Origin: an uncultured Thermoleophilaceae bacterium
GTDB taxonomy: Bacteria; Actinomycetota; Thermoleophilia; Solirubrobacterales; Thermoleophilaceae
Assembly: GCA_963813495.1 (NCBI GenBank)
Contig: CAWEZC010000004.1
Coordinates: forward strand, 80,483-144,482
Reading direction: 5' to 3'
DNA length: 64,000 nucleotides
The translations under genes were made by a program, and so were the position numbers. Below, piece after piece: positions 36,051 to 44,725 of the stretch. The notes under the pieces are model-generated. The model made no database searches, was not told where the DNA came from, and saw only the letters and a program-made list of their open reading frames with translations. How positions within the stretch are numbered: position 1 is the stretch's first letter; each line of letters begins with the position of its first letter.

Positions 36051-37697
36051 TCAGACGAGTCGATGGTCGAGCACCCGCTCGAGGCGGGCCTCGTGCTCGC
36101 TCACCGGCACGGCCTTGTCGAGGTGCATGTCCATGCGGCGGCCGTCGATCACGAGCGTGGCCACCTGGTTGTCGAACCAGGGACCGTCCCCGGCCTGGCG
36201 CCAGCGGATCCCCGGGTCGCGCACGCCGGCGGCCCGCGCCATGCGCCGCCATAAGGCATGGAACGGACGCGACATCCCCATCCGGATGATGCGTCGCTCT
36301 TGGGCGTCGAGCGGGTTGCGGTAGGGCGAGCAGACAGCCTGCCACACGGCGCTCTTGATCTCCGAGCCGGCGGGGAATGCGAGCTCGAACAGGTAGGCGT
36401 GGTGGACGTCGCCCGAGAGCGTGACGATTGCGCCCGGGGCGCGGCCGCGCTCGCCGGCCGCGACCGACCGCTGCAGCTCGACCATCTTGTGGAACGAGCG
36501 CTGGAAAGCGCCCCAGTGCTCGAGGTCGAGGGCTCGGCGCAGCCGCTCACCGAGCCGGCTCGCGCGCTCGCCCCAGGCGCCGCCGGACACCGCCTCGCTC
36601 CAGGCCTCGAGCTCCTGCATGCCGGGACCGAGCAGGAAGGGCAGCGAGGTGGCCAGCAGCAGATGGTCGTGGTCGCCCGAGGACTGCTCGACGATCCAGT
36701 CCCACTCGCCGTCGTCGACCATGTCGCGCCGGCCCTCCTCGAGAATGCGCCCCGCCCGGGAGTCGATCACCACGAGCCGTGTGGTCCCCAGCTCCCGGCA
36801 GTAGCTCCAGCGACTGCCCGAGCGCTCGCGATCGGCTCCTTCGGCGTACTCGCGCAGCGCGGCGGTGCCGTCCTCGGCCTCCTTGACGCGGCGCAACAGC
36901 TCGTCCTCGCGCAGCGCCTGGGGACTCAGGTTCCCGAGGTGCTGGTAGACCCAGTACGACATCAGCGCGCCGACGATGTGCTCGTCCCACCAGTCGGTCT
37001 CGCGCATCTCCTCGAGCCAGGCCTGGGAGAGGTTCCAGTCGTCGTGCACGTCGTGGTCGTCGAAGATCATCGCCGAGGGCACCGTGGAGAGCAGCCAGCG
37101 GATGGTGGGGTCGGACCAGCTCTCCTCGTAGAGCTTCGTGTACTCCTCGAAGTCGTAGACCCGGCGCCCCGGCGACTCGTCGACGTTGCGGCGGCTCTCG
37201 AGGAAGGCCATCGTGACCGGCGAGACCTCGTCCGCGTAGACCTGGTCGCCGAGCATGATGAGCTCGTCCGGCCAGCTGTCGTACGGCTCCTTGCGCATGC
37301 GCTGAGCAAGCGTGTGCAGGGCGTCGATCTCCCGGCCGCGCTCGTCCTCGTCCTTGCGCAGCGAGTAGGGCGGCTCGTGCGGAGCGGCCACCCGGCAGGA
37401 GCCGAACAGGACTTGTAGCGGATGTTCCTTGGGGTAGGTCCTGAAGCCACTGGGCGGAAAGGGGGACTCGTCGAGCGGCCAGACGCGCTCGCCGTCGAGA
37501 TGCACCTCGTATTCGTGCCGGGCGCCGCGCTCCAGTCCTTCGGCACGCACCAGCGCGTAGTGATGGCCGCAGACCGTGAAGGTGCGCTCTCGCGTACCCA
37601 GCACGTCGACCTCACAGGCGACGTCGGTCTCCACCCAGACGGTCGCATCGGTCTCGCCGACGTGGCGCAGTAGCGGGCCGAGGACGAGGCGAGGCAT
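36051..37697 (-). CDS. PhoD-like metallophosphatase (alkaline phosphatase D family), no signal peptide seen
   Basis: 548 aa from the ATG at 37697. 'MLGDQVYADE', 'MIFDDHDVHDDWN' and 'VTLSGDVHHAY' are calcineurin-like/PhoD motifs. Confidence 0.85.
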   Translation of the reverse strand: MPRLVLGPLLRHVGETDATVWVETDVACEVDVLGTRERTFTVCGHHYALVRAEGLERGARHEYEVHLDGERVWPLDESPFPPSGFRTYPKEHPLQVLFGSCRVAAPHEPPYSLRKDEDERGREIDALHTLAQRMRKEPYDSWPDELIMLGDQVYADEVSPVTMAFLESRRNVDESPGRRVYDFEEYTKLYEESWSDPTIRWLLSTVPSAMIFDDHDVHDDWNLSQAWLEEMRETDWWDEHIVGALMSYWVYQHLGNLSPQALREDELLRRVKEAEDGTAALREYAEGADRERSGSRWSYCRELGTTRLVVIDSRAGRILEEGRRDMVDDGEWDWIVEQSSGDHDHLLLATSLPFLLGPGMQELEAWSEAVSGGAWGERASRLGERLRRALDLEHWGAFQRSFHKMVELQRSVAAGERGRAPGAIVTLSGDVHHAYLFELAFPAGSEIKSAVWQAVCSPYRNPLDAQERRIIRMGMSRPFHALWRRMARAAGVRDPGIRWRQAGDGPWFDNQVATLVIDGRRMDMHLDKAVPVSEHEARLERVLDHRLV

Positions 37698-37767
37698 GAA
37701 ATCGACCCTACCCACACCGGCGCAAAGCGCCACCTGCCTTGCGAGGACACGCGATACGTTTCGTCTG

Positions 37768-39093
37768 GTGGAGGCCGAGCTTCTCGGAATAGGCCGTTCG
37801 ATACACGCCGCGATTCCCACGCGCACGCGCAACCCCCTGCGCGCGCTCGACCAGAAGGCGATGGAGCTGGCCTCTCAGGACGCCGAGCTGCGCGCCGCCC
37901 TGTTTCGCTTCGTGGATGTGACTCCGGCCTGTCGCTCACTCGACGACCTGGCCCGCCATCTGGCCGACTATCTCGACGAGGTGGACGAGCGGCCGCAGCC
38001 GATCGAGGCCGCCATGCGCATGTCGAACACCAGGGCCGGCCGCGCCGCGCTCGGCGCGGCCGCCGCGGCCGGGGTGCGACACATGGCGCACCGCTTCATC
38101 GTTGGGGAGTCACCGAGGGAGGCGATCAAGCCGATCCGCGCGCTGTGGGAGCATGGCGCCGCGGTCTCGCTCGACCTCCTCGGCGAGGCCACCGTGACCG
38201 CCCCCGAGGCCGACCGCTACGCCGAACGCTGCCGGGACGCCCTGGAGACCCTGGCCGCGGCCACCCCGGACTGGCCGCCCCGGCCGGTGCTGGAGAGCGA
38301 CTCGCTGGGTGCGCTGCCGCGGGTCAACCTGTCGGTCAAGGTCTCGGCGCTCAGCCCGCTGCTGCGGCCCGAGGCCCCCGAGGTGGGGCGCGACGACGCC
38401 GCCCGCCGCATGCGGCCGCTGCTGTTGCGGGCAAAGGAGCTGGGCGCCCATCTGCATATCGACATGGAGTCTGTGGACACGCTCGAGGCCACACTGGGCC
38501 TGGTGTTCGAGCTGCTCGACGACCCCGAGCTGCGCGACGGCCCCGCGACCGGCATCGTGCTGCAGGCCTACCTGCGTGAGTCCCCCGAGCAGCTCGATCA
38601 GGTGATCGCATGGTCGCGGGCCACCTCGCGGAGCACGCCGCTCGTCGTCCGGCTGGTCAAGGGTGCCTACTGGGACCACGAGGTGGTGGACGCCCGCCAG
38701 CACGGCTGGACGCCGCCCGTGTTCGAGGAGAAACGCGACTCCGACCGCAACTTCGAGCTGCTCACGCGGCGGCTGCTCGAGGCCTGGCCCCATATACGCC
38801 CCGCGATCGCGTCGCACAACCTGCGCTCGGTGGCCCATGCCATAGCCGTCAACCGCGAGCTGGGCCACGCGGACGGCGATCTCGAGCTCCAGGTGCTGCG
38901 CGGCCTGGGCGACGACCTGGCCGCGGCGCTCGCCGAGCACGACATGCGCGTGCGCATCTACTGCCCGGTCGGCGACATGGTGGCGGGCATGGCCTACCTG
39001 GTGCGGCGCCTGCTCGAGAACACCTCGAACGAGTCGTTCCTCGGCGATCAGCAGCGCGGGGTCGCGATCGAAGAGCTGCTGTCCGCCCCGTGA
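37768..39093 (+). CDS. proline dehydrogenase (monofunctional, long N-terminal arm); start uncertain
   Basis: 'VNLSVKVSAL', 'IDMESVD', 'GIVLQAYL', 'VVRLVKGAYWD', 'ASHNLRS' and 'VRRLLENTSNESF' are ProDH barrel motifs. GTG at 37768 is the first start clear of the divergent PhoD-like gene. Confidence 0.85.
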   Translation: MEAELLGIGRSIHAAIPTRTRNPLRALDQKAMELASQDAELRAALFRFVDVTPACRSLDDLARHLADYLDEVDERPQPIEAAMRMSNTRAGRAALGAAAAAGVRHMAHRFIVGESPREAIKPIRALWEHGAAVSLDLLGEATVTAPEADRYAERCRDALETLAAATPDWPPRPVLESDSLGALPRVNLSVKVSALSPLLRPEAPEVGRDDAARRMRPLLLRAKELGAHLHIDMESVDTLEATLGLVFELLDDPELRDGPATGIVLQAYLRESPEQLDQVIAWSRATSRSTPLVVRLVKGAYWDHEVVDARQHGWTPPVFEEKRDSDRNFELLTRRLLEAWPHIRPAIASHNLRSVAHAIAVNRELGHADGDLELQVLRGLGDDLAAALAEHDMRVRIYCPVGDMVAGMAYLVRRLLENTSNESFLGDQQRGVAIEELLSAP

Positions 39094-40643
39094 GCTTTCG
39101 CAACGAGCCGATCCTCGAGCTGCGCCGGGCCCCGGCGCGCGAGTCACTGCACGCGGCGCTGCGCGAGCTCGACGCCCGTCTGCCGCTCGAGGTGCCGATC
39201 CTGATCGGGGAAGAGCGAGGCGCGGCGAGCGGGCTCGACTCCACCGACCCGGGGGCTCCCGAGCGCCTGGTGGCCCGGGCCGGCCTGGGCGGCGAGGCGG
39301 AGGCGGCCGCCGCGCTGGAGGCGGCCGAGCGCGGCTTCGCTACCTGGAGCGCCCGCTCGGCGCATGAGCGCGCGCAGGCGCTGCGCGGAGCGGCCGCGCG
39401 GCTGCGCGAGCGCCGGCTGGAGCTCGCCGCCCTGCAGGTGCGCGAGTGTGCCAAGCCCTGGGCGGAGGCCGACGCCGACGTGTGCGAGGCGATCGACTTC
39501 CTCGAGTACTACGCCGGCCAGGCGGTCGAGCTCGACCGCGGTCGTGAGCTGCTCCAGGTGCCGGGCGAGCGCAACACGATGCGCTACCGGCCGCGCGGAG
39601 TGGTGGCGGTGATCGCCCCCTGGAACTTCCCGCTCGCGATCCCCTGTGGAATGACCGCCGCCGCACTCGCCGCGGGCAACGCGGCCGTGCTCAAGCCGGC
39701 CGAGCAGTCGCCCGGGAGCGCGCTTGCACTGATCGAGGCCCTGCACCACGCGGGAGTGCCACCCGACGCCCTGGCGCTGGTGCCGGGCTACGGAGAGGCC
39801 GGCGCCGCGCTGGTGCGCGACCCGCGCGTGCACGTGATCGCCTTCACGGGCTCGGGCAAGGTCGGGCTCGAGATCATCCGGAGCGCCGGGGCGACCGCCG
39901 AGGGGCAGGGGCACATCAAGCGGGTGGTGTCCGAGATGGGAGGCAAGAACTGCATCGTCGTCGACTCGGACGCCGACCTCGACGACGTGGTGCCGGAGCT
40001 GGTGCACTCGGCCTTCGGCTTCGCCGGCCAGAAATGCTCAGCAGCCTCGCGCGCGCTGGTGCACGAGGCCGTGGCCGACACGCTGCTCGAGCGCCTGTCG
40101 GGCGCGGTGCGCGTGCTCGAGGTCGGTCAGGCCGAGAGCTTTGCCAGCGAGGTGCCGCCGGTGATCGACCGTGAGGCGCAGGATCGGGTGCTGGGCTACC
40201 GCGAGCAGGCCGGCGCCCATGTCGTCGCCGCGGCGGAGGGGGTCCCGTCGCAGGGCTGGTTCGTGGCGCCCAGCGTGGCCTTCGGCCTGCCCGAGGATTC
40301 GCCCGTCAACCGTGAGGAGATCTTCGGGCCGCTGCTGTCGGTGAGCGCGGTGCGTGATGTCGACGAGGCCATGGACATCGTCGACTCGCTGCCGCTGGCC
40401 CTGACCGGAGGCCTGTTCTCCCGCAGCCCGGCCACGATCGAACGGGTGGCCGACCGCACGCCGGTGGGCAACCTCTATGTCAACCGGGGCATCACCGGCG
40501 CCATGGTGGGGCGCCAGCCGTTCGGCGGCAACCGCCGTTCGGGCATTGGGTCGAAGGCCGGCGGCCCCGACTACCTGTACCAATTCGTCGAGCCGCGCGT
40601 ACTAACGGAGAACACAATGCGCCACGGCATTCCCGTGGAATGA
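39090..40643 (+). CDS. L-glutamate gamma-semialdehyde (P5C) dehydrogenase, ALDH family
   Basis: GTG at 39090 overlaps the ProDH stop (GTGA). 'VIAPWNFPLAI', 'SEMGGKNCIVV', 'FGFAGQKCSAAS' (catalytic Cys) and 'EEIFGPLL'. Confidence 0.92.
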   Translation: MSFRNEPILELRRAPARESLHAALRELDARLPLEVPILIGEERGAASGLDSTDPGAPERLVARAGLGGEAEAAAALEAAERGFATWSARSAHERAQALRGAAARLRERRLELAALQVRECAKPWAEADADVCEAIDFLEYYAGQAVELDRGRELLQVPGERNTMRYRPRGVVAVIAPWNFPLAIPCGMTAAALAAGNAAVLKPAEQSPGSALALIEALHHAGVPPDALALVPGYGEAGAALVRDPRVHVIAFTGSGKVGLEIIRSAGATAEGQGHIKRVVSEMGGKNCIVVDSDADLDDVVPELVHSAFGFAGQKCSAASRALVHEAVADTLLERLSGAVRVLEVGQAESFASEVPPVIDREAQDRVLGYREQAGAHVVAAAEGVPSQGWFVAPSVAFGLPEDSPVNREEIFGPLLSVSAVRDVDEAMDIVDSLPLALTGGLFSRSPATIERVADRTPVGNLYVNRGITGAMVGRQPFGGNRRSGIGSKAGGPDYLYQFVEPRVLTENTMRHGIPVE

Positions 40644-40661
40644 GAGGCAAAGGAAGAATCA

Positions 40662-40937
40662 ATGATCGGAGCAATCATCCTCGGGCTGCTGGCGGGCTTC
40701 ATCGCCAAGGCTCTACTGCCGGGCGACGATCCGGGCGGCTTCTTCGTCACGATCCTGCTGGGCCTGGCCGGGTCGCTGATCGGCTTCTTCCTGTTCACCG
40801 AGCTACTGGGCATCGGCGACACGGAGATCTTCGACCTGGGTGGGCTGATCGGCGCGATCATCGGGACGCTGATCCTGCTGCTGGGCTACCGCTTCGTGGT
40901 CGACCGCCGCGGAGGGGGAAGGGCAGCCACGCCGTAG
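40662..40937 (+). CDS. GlsB/YeaQ/YmgE-family stress-response membrane protein
   Basis: 91 aa. 'IIGAIILGLLAGFIAKALLPG' and 'LGLAGSLIGFFLF' are typical of this family. Confidence 0.85.
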   Translation: MIGAIILGLLAGFIAKALLPGDDPGGFFVTILLGLAGSLIGFFLFTELLGIGDTEIFDLGGLIGAIIGTLILLLGYRFVVDRRGGGRAATP

Positions 40938-40988
40938 CTCCAGACCGATGACCAAAGTCACCGGGGCGGGCCGATATCCTCGCCCCGC

Positions 40989-42443
40989 GTGACTGCGCCG
41001 GCCTTCGATCTCCAGTCCCATTCGCTGCACTCGGACGGCGTGCTGCCGGCCGCGCAGGTGGTGGAGAACGCCGCGCGGGCCGGAGTCGAGCTGCTCGCCC
41101 TCTCGGACCACGACACGGTCGACGGCGTGGACGAGGCGCTGGCCGCCGGCGCGGCGCAGGGGGTGCGTGTCGTGCCGGCCACCGAGATCTCCGCCGTGGA
41201 CGGCCCATACGAGGACCTGCACGTCCTGGGCTACGGCATCGACCACCGCAGCGCGCGCCTGGGAGAGCGCCTGCTCGATGCCCGTGGCGACCGTGAACGG
41301 CGCGCCGACGCGATGGCCAAGAAGCTGCGCGAGCTGGGCTTCGAAGTAGATCCCGCGCCCATCGACGCCCGCAAGGCCGCGGGCAAACCGGTGGGCCGCC
41401 CGCACCTCGCCGCAGCGGTGATCGCCCACCCCGCCAATGCCGAGCGCTTGCGCACGGAGGGGCTCGAGGACGTCTCTTCGTTCATCCCGGCCTACCTGAT
41501 CCAGGGCACGCCGGGCTACGTCGCACGCACCCACCCCACGGTCGAGGAGGCCATCGAATGGATCCACGAGGCGGCCGGGGTGGCGGTCTGGGCGCACCCG
41601 TTCTGGGACATCAAGGATCCCGCTGAGGTGCTGGCGGCGATCGAGCGCTACCGCGCCGCCGGACTCGACGGGGTCGAGGTCTTCTACACCGCTCACGACC
41701 GCGACCAGACGCTGCTGCTCTCCGAGCGCTGCCACGAGCTCGGCATGCTCGCCACCGGCTCCTCCGACTACCACGGGCCCGAGCACCGGCTGTTCAGCCG
41801 GTTTCGCGACTTCGAGCTGCACGATTGCGCGCCCAACCTCGGGCCGATTGCCCACGGCACGCTGGCCGCGCCCGCCCGCGAGGGCTCGGGTCTCTGCTTC
41901 TGGCTCACAGGCCTGTCGGGCTCGGGCAAGTCCACGGTTGCGCGGCTGGCGGCCGGCCGCCTGCGCGACCAGGGCCTGCGCGTCGAGGTGCTGGACGGGG
42001 ACGACGTGCGCCAGAACCTGTCCGCCGGCCTGGGCTTCTCCCGGGAGGACCGCGCCGAGAACGTGCGCCGCATCGCCTTCGTCGCCGACCTGCTCTCCCG
42101 TAACGACGTGCTCGCCTTCGTGGCCGCGGTGTCTCCGTTCCGCGCCGGCCGCGACGAGGCGCGCGGGCGCATGGGAGCTCGTTTCGTCGAGGTCCACGTG
42201 AAGGCCACGGTCGACGAGTGCGAGCGGCGCGACGTCAAGGGCCTCTACGAACGAGCGCGCCAGGGTGAGATCAAGGGCTTCACCGGCGTCTCGGATCCGT
42301 ACGAGGAGCCCGTAGCCGCCGAGCTCACGATCGACACCGAGACCGAGCCTGCGGAAGCCTCGGCCGACCGGCTCGTGGAGTACGTGGCAGAGCGGCTGGC
42401 CGCAAGTGACGGGCGCGCCGCAGCGGTCACCCGCAGCGCCTAG
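40989..42443 (+). CDS. cysC: fusion protein: N-terminal PHP-domain phosphoesterase (TrpH/YciV type) and C-terminal adenylylsulfate (APS) kinase
   Basis: PHP half: 'FDLQSHSLHSDG', 'LALSDHDT', 'LHVLGYGID', 'GRPHLA', 'VAVWAHPF' and 'GSSDYHGP'. Kinase half: 'GLSGSGKST', 'LDGDDVRQNL', 'GFSREDRAENVRRIAFVA', 'AVSPF' and 'RDVKGLYERARQGEIKGFTGVSDPYEEP'. GTG start. Confidence 0.85.
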   Translation: MTAPAFDLQSHSLHSDGVLPAAQVVENAARAGVELLALSDHDTVDGVDEALAAGAAQGVRVVPATEISAVDGPYEDLHVLGYGIDHRSARLGERLLDARGDRERRADAMAKKLRELGFEVDPAPIDARKAAGKPVGRPHLAAAVIAHPANAERLRTEGLEDVSSFIPAYLIQGTPGYVARTHPTVEEAIEWIHEAAGVAVWAHPFWDIKDPAEVLAAIERYRAAGLDGVEVFYTAHDRDQTLLLSERCHELGMLATGSSDYHGPEHRLFSRFRDFELHDCAPNLGPIAHGTLAAPAREGSGLCFWLTGLSGSGKSTVARLAAGRLRDQGLRVEVLDGDDVRQNLSAGLGFSREDRAENVRRIAFVADLLSRNDVLAFVAAVSPFRAGRDEARGRMGARFVEVHVKATVDECERRDVKGLYERARQGEIKGFTGVSDPYEEPVAAELTIDTETEPAEASADRLVEYVAERLAASDGRAAAVTRSA

Positions 42444-43705
42444 AACGAGAACGCCTGGTCGCCCACGAGCAGGTCCCCGCGAGGACGGACGCGGCGGAGT
42501 TCGCGCCCGTTGCGGGCGTCGACGATCGCGCTCAGCGCCTTGCCGGCAACGAGAGCCCTGTCGCCGAGCGGCTGCACTCCGAAGAGCGGCTGTGTTCCGT
42601 AGAGGTGAAAACGGCGAGTGCCGTCGAGCGCATAGCCGGTGAGCCCGCTCCCGGACGGTTGCCCGCGCCGGGAGTCCCAGAGGAATGTCGAAGCGAGCAG
42701 CGTCGGGCCGACGAGCGCGACCTCGCTGGGACGGTCAGCCAGCGTGCGGATGCTCCAGCGTCTCGTGTCGATGAGCTTCAGTCCGGCCGCCGTCTCCCGC
42801 CCGGCGTGGGCGTCCGTTCCCGTCATTGCCATCAGATCTCGGCCGAGCCAGAGCAGGCGCCGGGTCGGGCCCTCGGCCGGGTTGTCCGCGGCGCCGGCCT
42901 CCGAGAGTGGGTGTGAGTGAACTTCGAGGGTGTCAAGGTCGACCTCGGCGACGGGTGCACCCGCCTGCGCTACGAAGGCGCGAGTGCCGGAGGAGTCGAC
43001 GGCCAAGCCGGGAATCCAGCTCCGCGCGCGGTCGGGCGCCGGATCGTCGTCGCGCACGACCTGGGAGCCCGACTGGATCTCGGGCAGAGTGGCCCAGCGG
43101 ACGCGCCCATCGGGCTCGACGAGGGCGAGCCGCGAGGGCCCTATCGAGTCTCGCGGCGCCACCAGGAGCACGAGGCGGCCGCCAGCGCGGGCTCCGCCGG
43201 AGAAGACGCCGCTGAGCGTGCGCCGCCACAGGACCCTGCGATCCGTCGTGGCGATGCCGCTCACCCTCGTCTCACCGGCGCAGGCGCAGCCGGGCCTCAG
43301 TACCAGAGCGAGAAGCCGGCGGGAGCCTGACCAGGCGGTGGCCCAGACCTCCCCGCGTGCCGCCAGCCTTACGTCCCCCAGCACACGGTTGCGCCGGAGG
43401 TCGACCAGGCGGACGGAGGGACGGCTGTAGCTACCGAGGGCGATGCGGGTGCGGCCGGGCGCAAAGCTCCAGGCGAAGGTGTGAATCCCGAGGGGGAGGC
43501 CCCCACCGGGCGCGGGCCGAAGCGTCTGCGGGTCGACGCGTACCAGGCCGACCTGCCGTTTCCCGGGGGAGATGCCGAGCAGTCCGGCTGCGCCTCCGGT
43601 CCTAGTCGCTGTCGGGCGTGGGCTGTCGGTGTCGGCGCCGGCGACCAGCGGAATTCCCGCCAGCGCCGCGCCTGCAAGAAGGGTGGCAATGGTCGCCAGG
43701 CGCAT
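42440..43705 (-). CDS. secreted hypothetical protein (repeat/propeller-like)
   Basis: 421 aa. Signal peptide 'IATLLAGAALAGIPLVAGA'. No family recognised. Confidence 0.55.
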   Translation of the reverse strand: MRLATIATLLAGAALAGIPLVAGADTDSPRPTATRTGGAAGLLGISPGKRQVGLVRVDPQTLRPAPGGGLPLGIHTFAWSFAPGRTRIALGSYSRPSVRLVDLRRNRVLGDVRLAARGEVWATAWSGSRRLLALVLRPGCACAGETRVSGIATTDRRVLWRRTLSGVFSGGARAGGRLVLLVAPRDSIGPSRLALVEPDGRVRWATLPEIQSGSQVVRDDDPAPDRARSWIPGLAVDSSGTRAFVAQAGAPVAEVDLDTLEVHSHPLSEAGAADNPAEGPTRRLLWLGRDLMAMTGTDAHAGRETAAGLKLIDTRRWSIRTLADRPSEVALVGPTLLASTFLWDSRRGQPSGSGLTGYALDGTRRFHLYGTQPLFGVQPLGDRALVAGKALSAIVDARNGRELRRVRPRGDLLVGDQAFSF

Positions 43706-43760
43706 CGACCTGACTACGTGGGCGATGCGGGCTCAGGTCCGGGCACCGCCGGGCTCGGCC

Positions 43761-44675
43761 TCAGCCAAGGGCGTCGGCTATGCGGTGCAGGCGCACCGCC
43801 CAGGCGAGCTCCTCGCCTGTGCTCGCCTCGAGCCCTTCCACATCCAGTGCCTCGGCCCGGGCTCGCAGACGGGTCCAGGTTGCCGCCCGCGCGGGGTCGA
43901 GGCCCGCCGCGGCGGCGTAGTGCTCGACCCAGTCCCGGACGCTCTTGGCGGCGGCCGGGCCGGAGTCGGGCACCGGTGTGTCCGGACTGAGCAGCGCCCA
44001 GATCTCGGCGTTGCGGTCCGCGCGCACCCCGTGCGGGTCGATCACCTTCCAGGCGCGGCCGTCACGCACCACGTTGCCGCCGTGCAGGTCGCCGTGGATG
44101 AGCACGTCGCCGTTGGCTGGGGCCGACAGCGCCTCGAGCTCTTCGAGGAGCGCGCGCTCACCTGCCAGGGCGTGCCGCCAGTGGTCCACGTAGTCGTGCA
44201 TGTGCAGTGTCGAGGCCGGCGGGCGCCGCTCCGACTGGAGCCGAGCCGCCAGCCGTCCCAGCTCGCTCAGCTGCTCGTCCCAGGTCAGGCCGGCGTCATC
44301 GAGCGAGTCACCCGGCCGCAGACGTTCCATCAGCAGCGTCAAGCCGTCGTCACGGCGGTCGATCAGCTCGACCACGGCACCGGTGGAACGCCAGAAGCTC
44401 AGCGCCTCCCCCTCGGCGGCGAGCATCTCGTCATCGGAGTGTCCGCGCGGGCTGACCTTCACGACGAGCTCGTGCTCGTTCCGGGCTGCGATGCAGACGA
44501 GCGCCACACAGCCGCCGCCGACGGGCCGCGGGTCGCGCAGGTCCCACGCCGCTGCGCCCTGCGAGAGCCGGATCCGGACGTCGGCGGCGAGCGCGCCGGC
44601 GTCGCAGCCCGGCCAGAAGCCTCGCCAGTGGCGCTGGAGGCGCGCGAGCGTTACGAGTATCGGATCTGCGCCCAT
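43761..44675 (-). CDS. APH(6)/Hur-family kinase (aminoglycoside/hydroxyurea resistance kinase-like)
   Basis: 304 aa from the ATG at 44675. 'VLIHGDLHGGNVVRDGRAWKVIDPHGVRADRNAEI' matches the APH(6) catalytic loop and metal-binding Asp. Confidence 0.8.
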   Translation of the reverse strand: MGADPILVTLARLQRHWRGFWPGCDAGALAADVRIRLSQGAAAWDLRDPRPVGGGCVALVCIAARNEHELVVKVSPRGHSDDEMLAAEGEALSFWRSTGAVVELIDRRDDGLTLLMERLRPGDSLDDAGLTWDEQLSELGRLAARLQSERRPPASTLHMHDYVDHWRHALAGERALLEELEALSAPANGDVLIHGDLHGGNVVRDGRAWKVIDPHGVRADRNAEIWALLSPDTPVPDSGPAAAKSVRDWVEHYAAAAGLDPARAATWTRLRARAEALDVEGLEASTGEELAWAVRLHRIADALG

Positions 44676-44725
44676 GGGGAACGCGATGCCCTTCTTGCTT
44701 CCCGTTGCTTTGCCGGTGGTGCGCC

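Noticed and set aside
37768-40643. Separate proline dehydrogenase and P5C dehydrogenase genes as a 'split PutA' anomaly.
   Set aside because: Adjacent monofunctional ProDH and P5CDH genes are the normal arrangement in Actinomycetota and many Gram-positive bacteria. The GTGA overlap simply reflects an operon.
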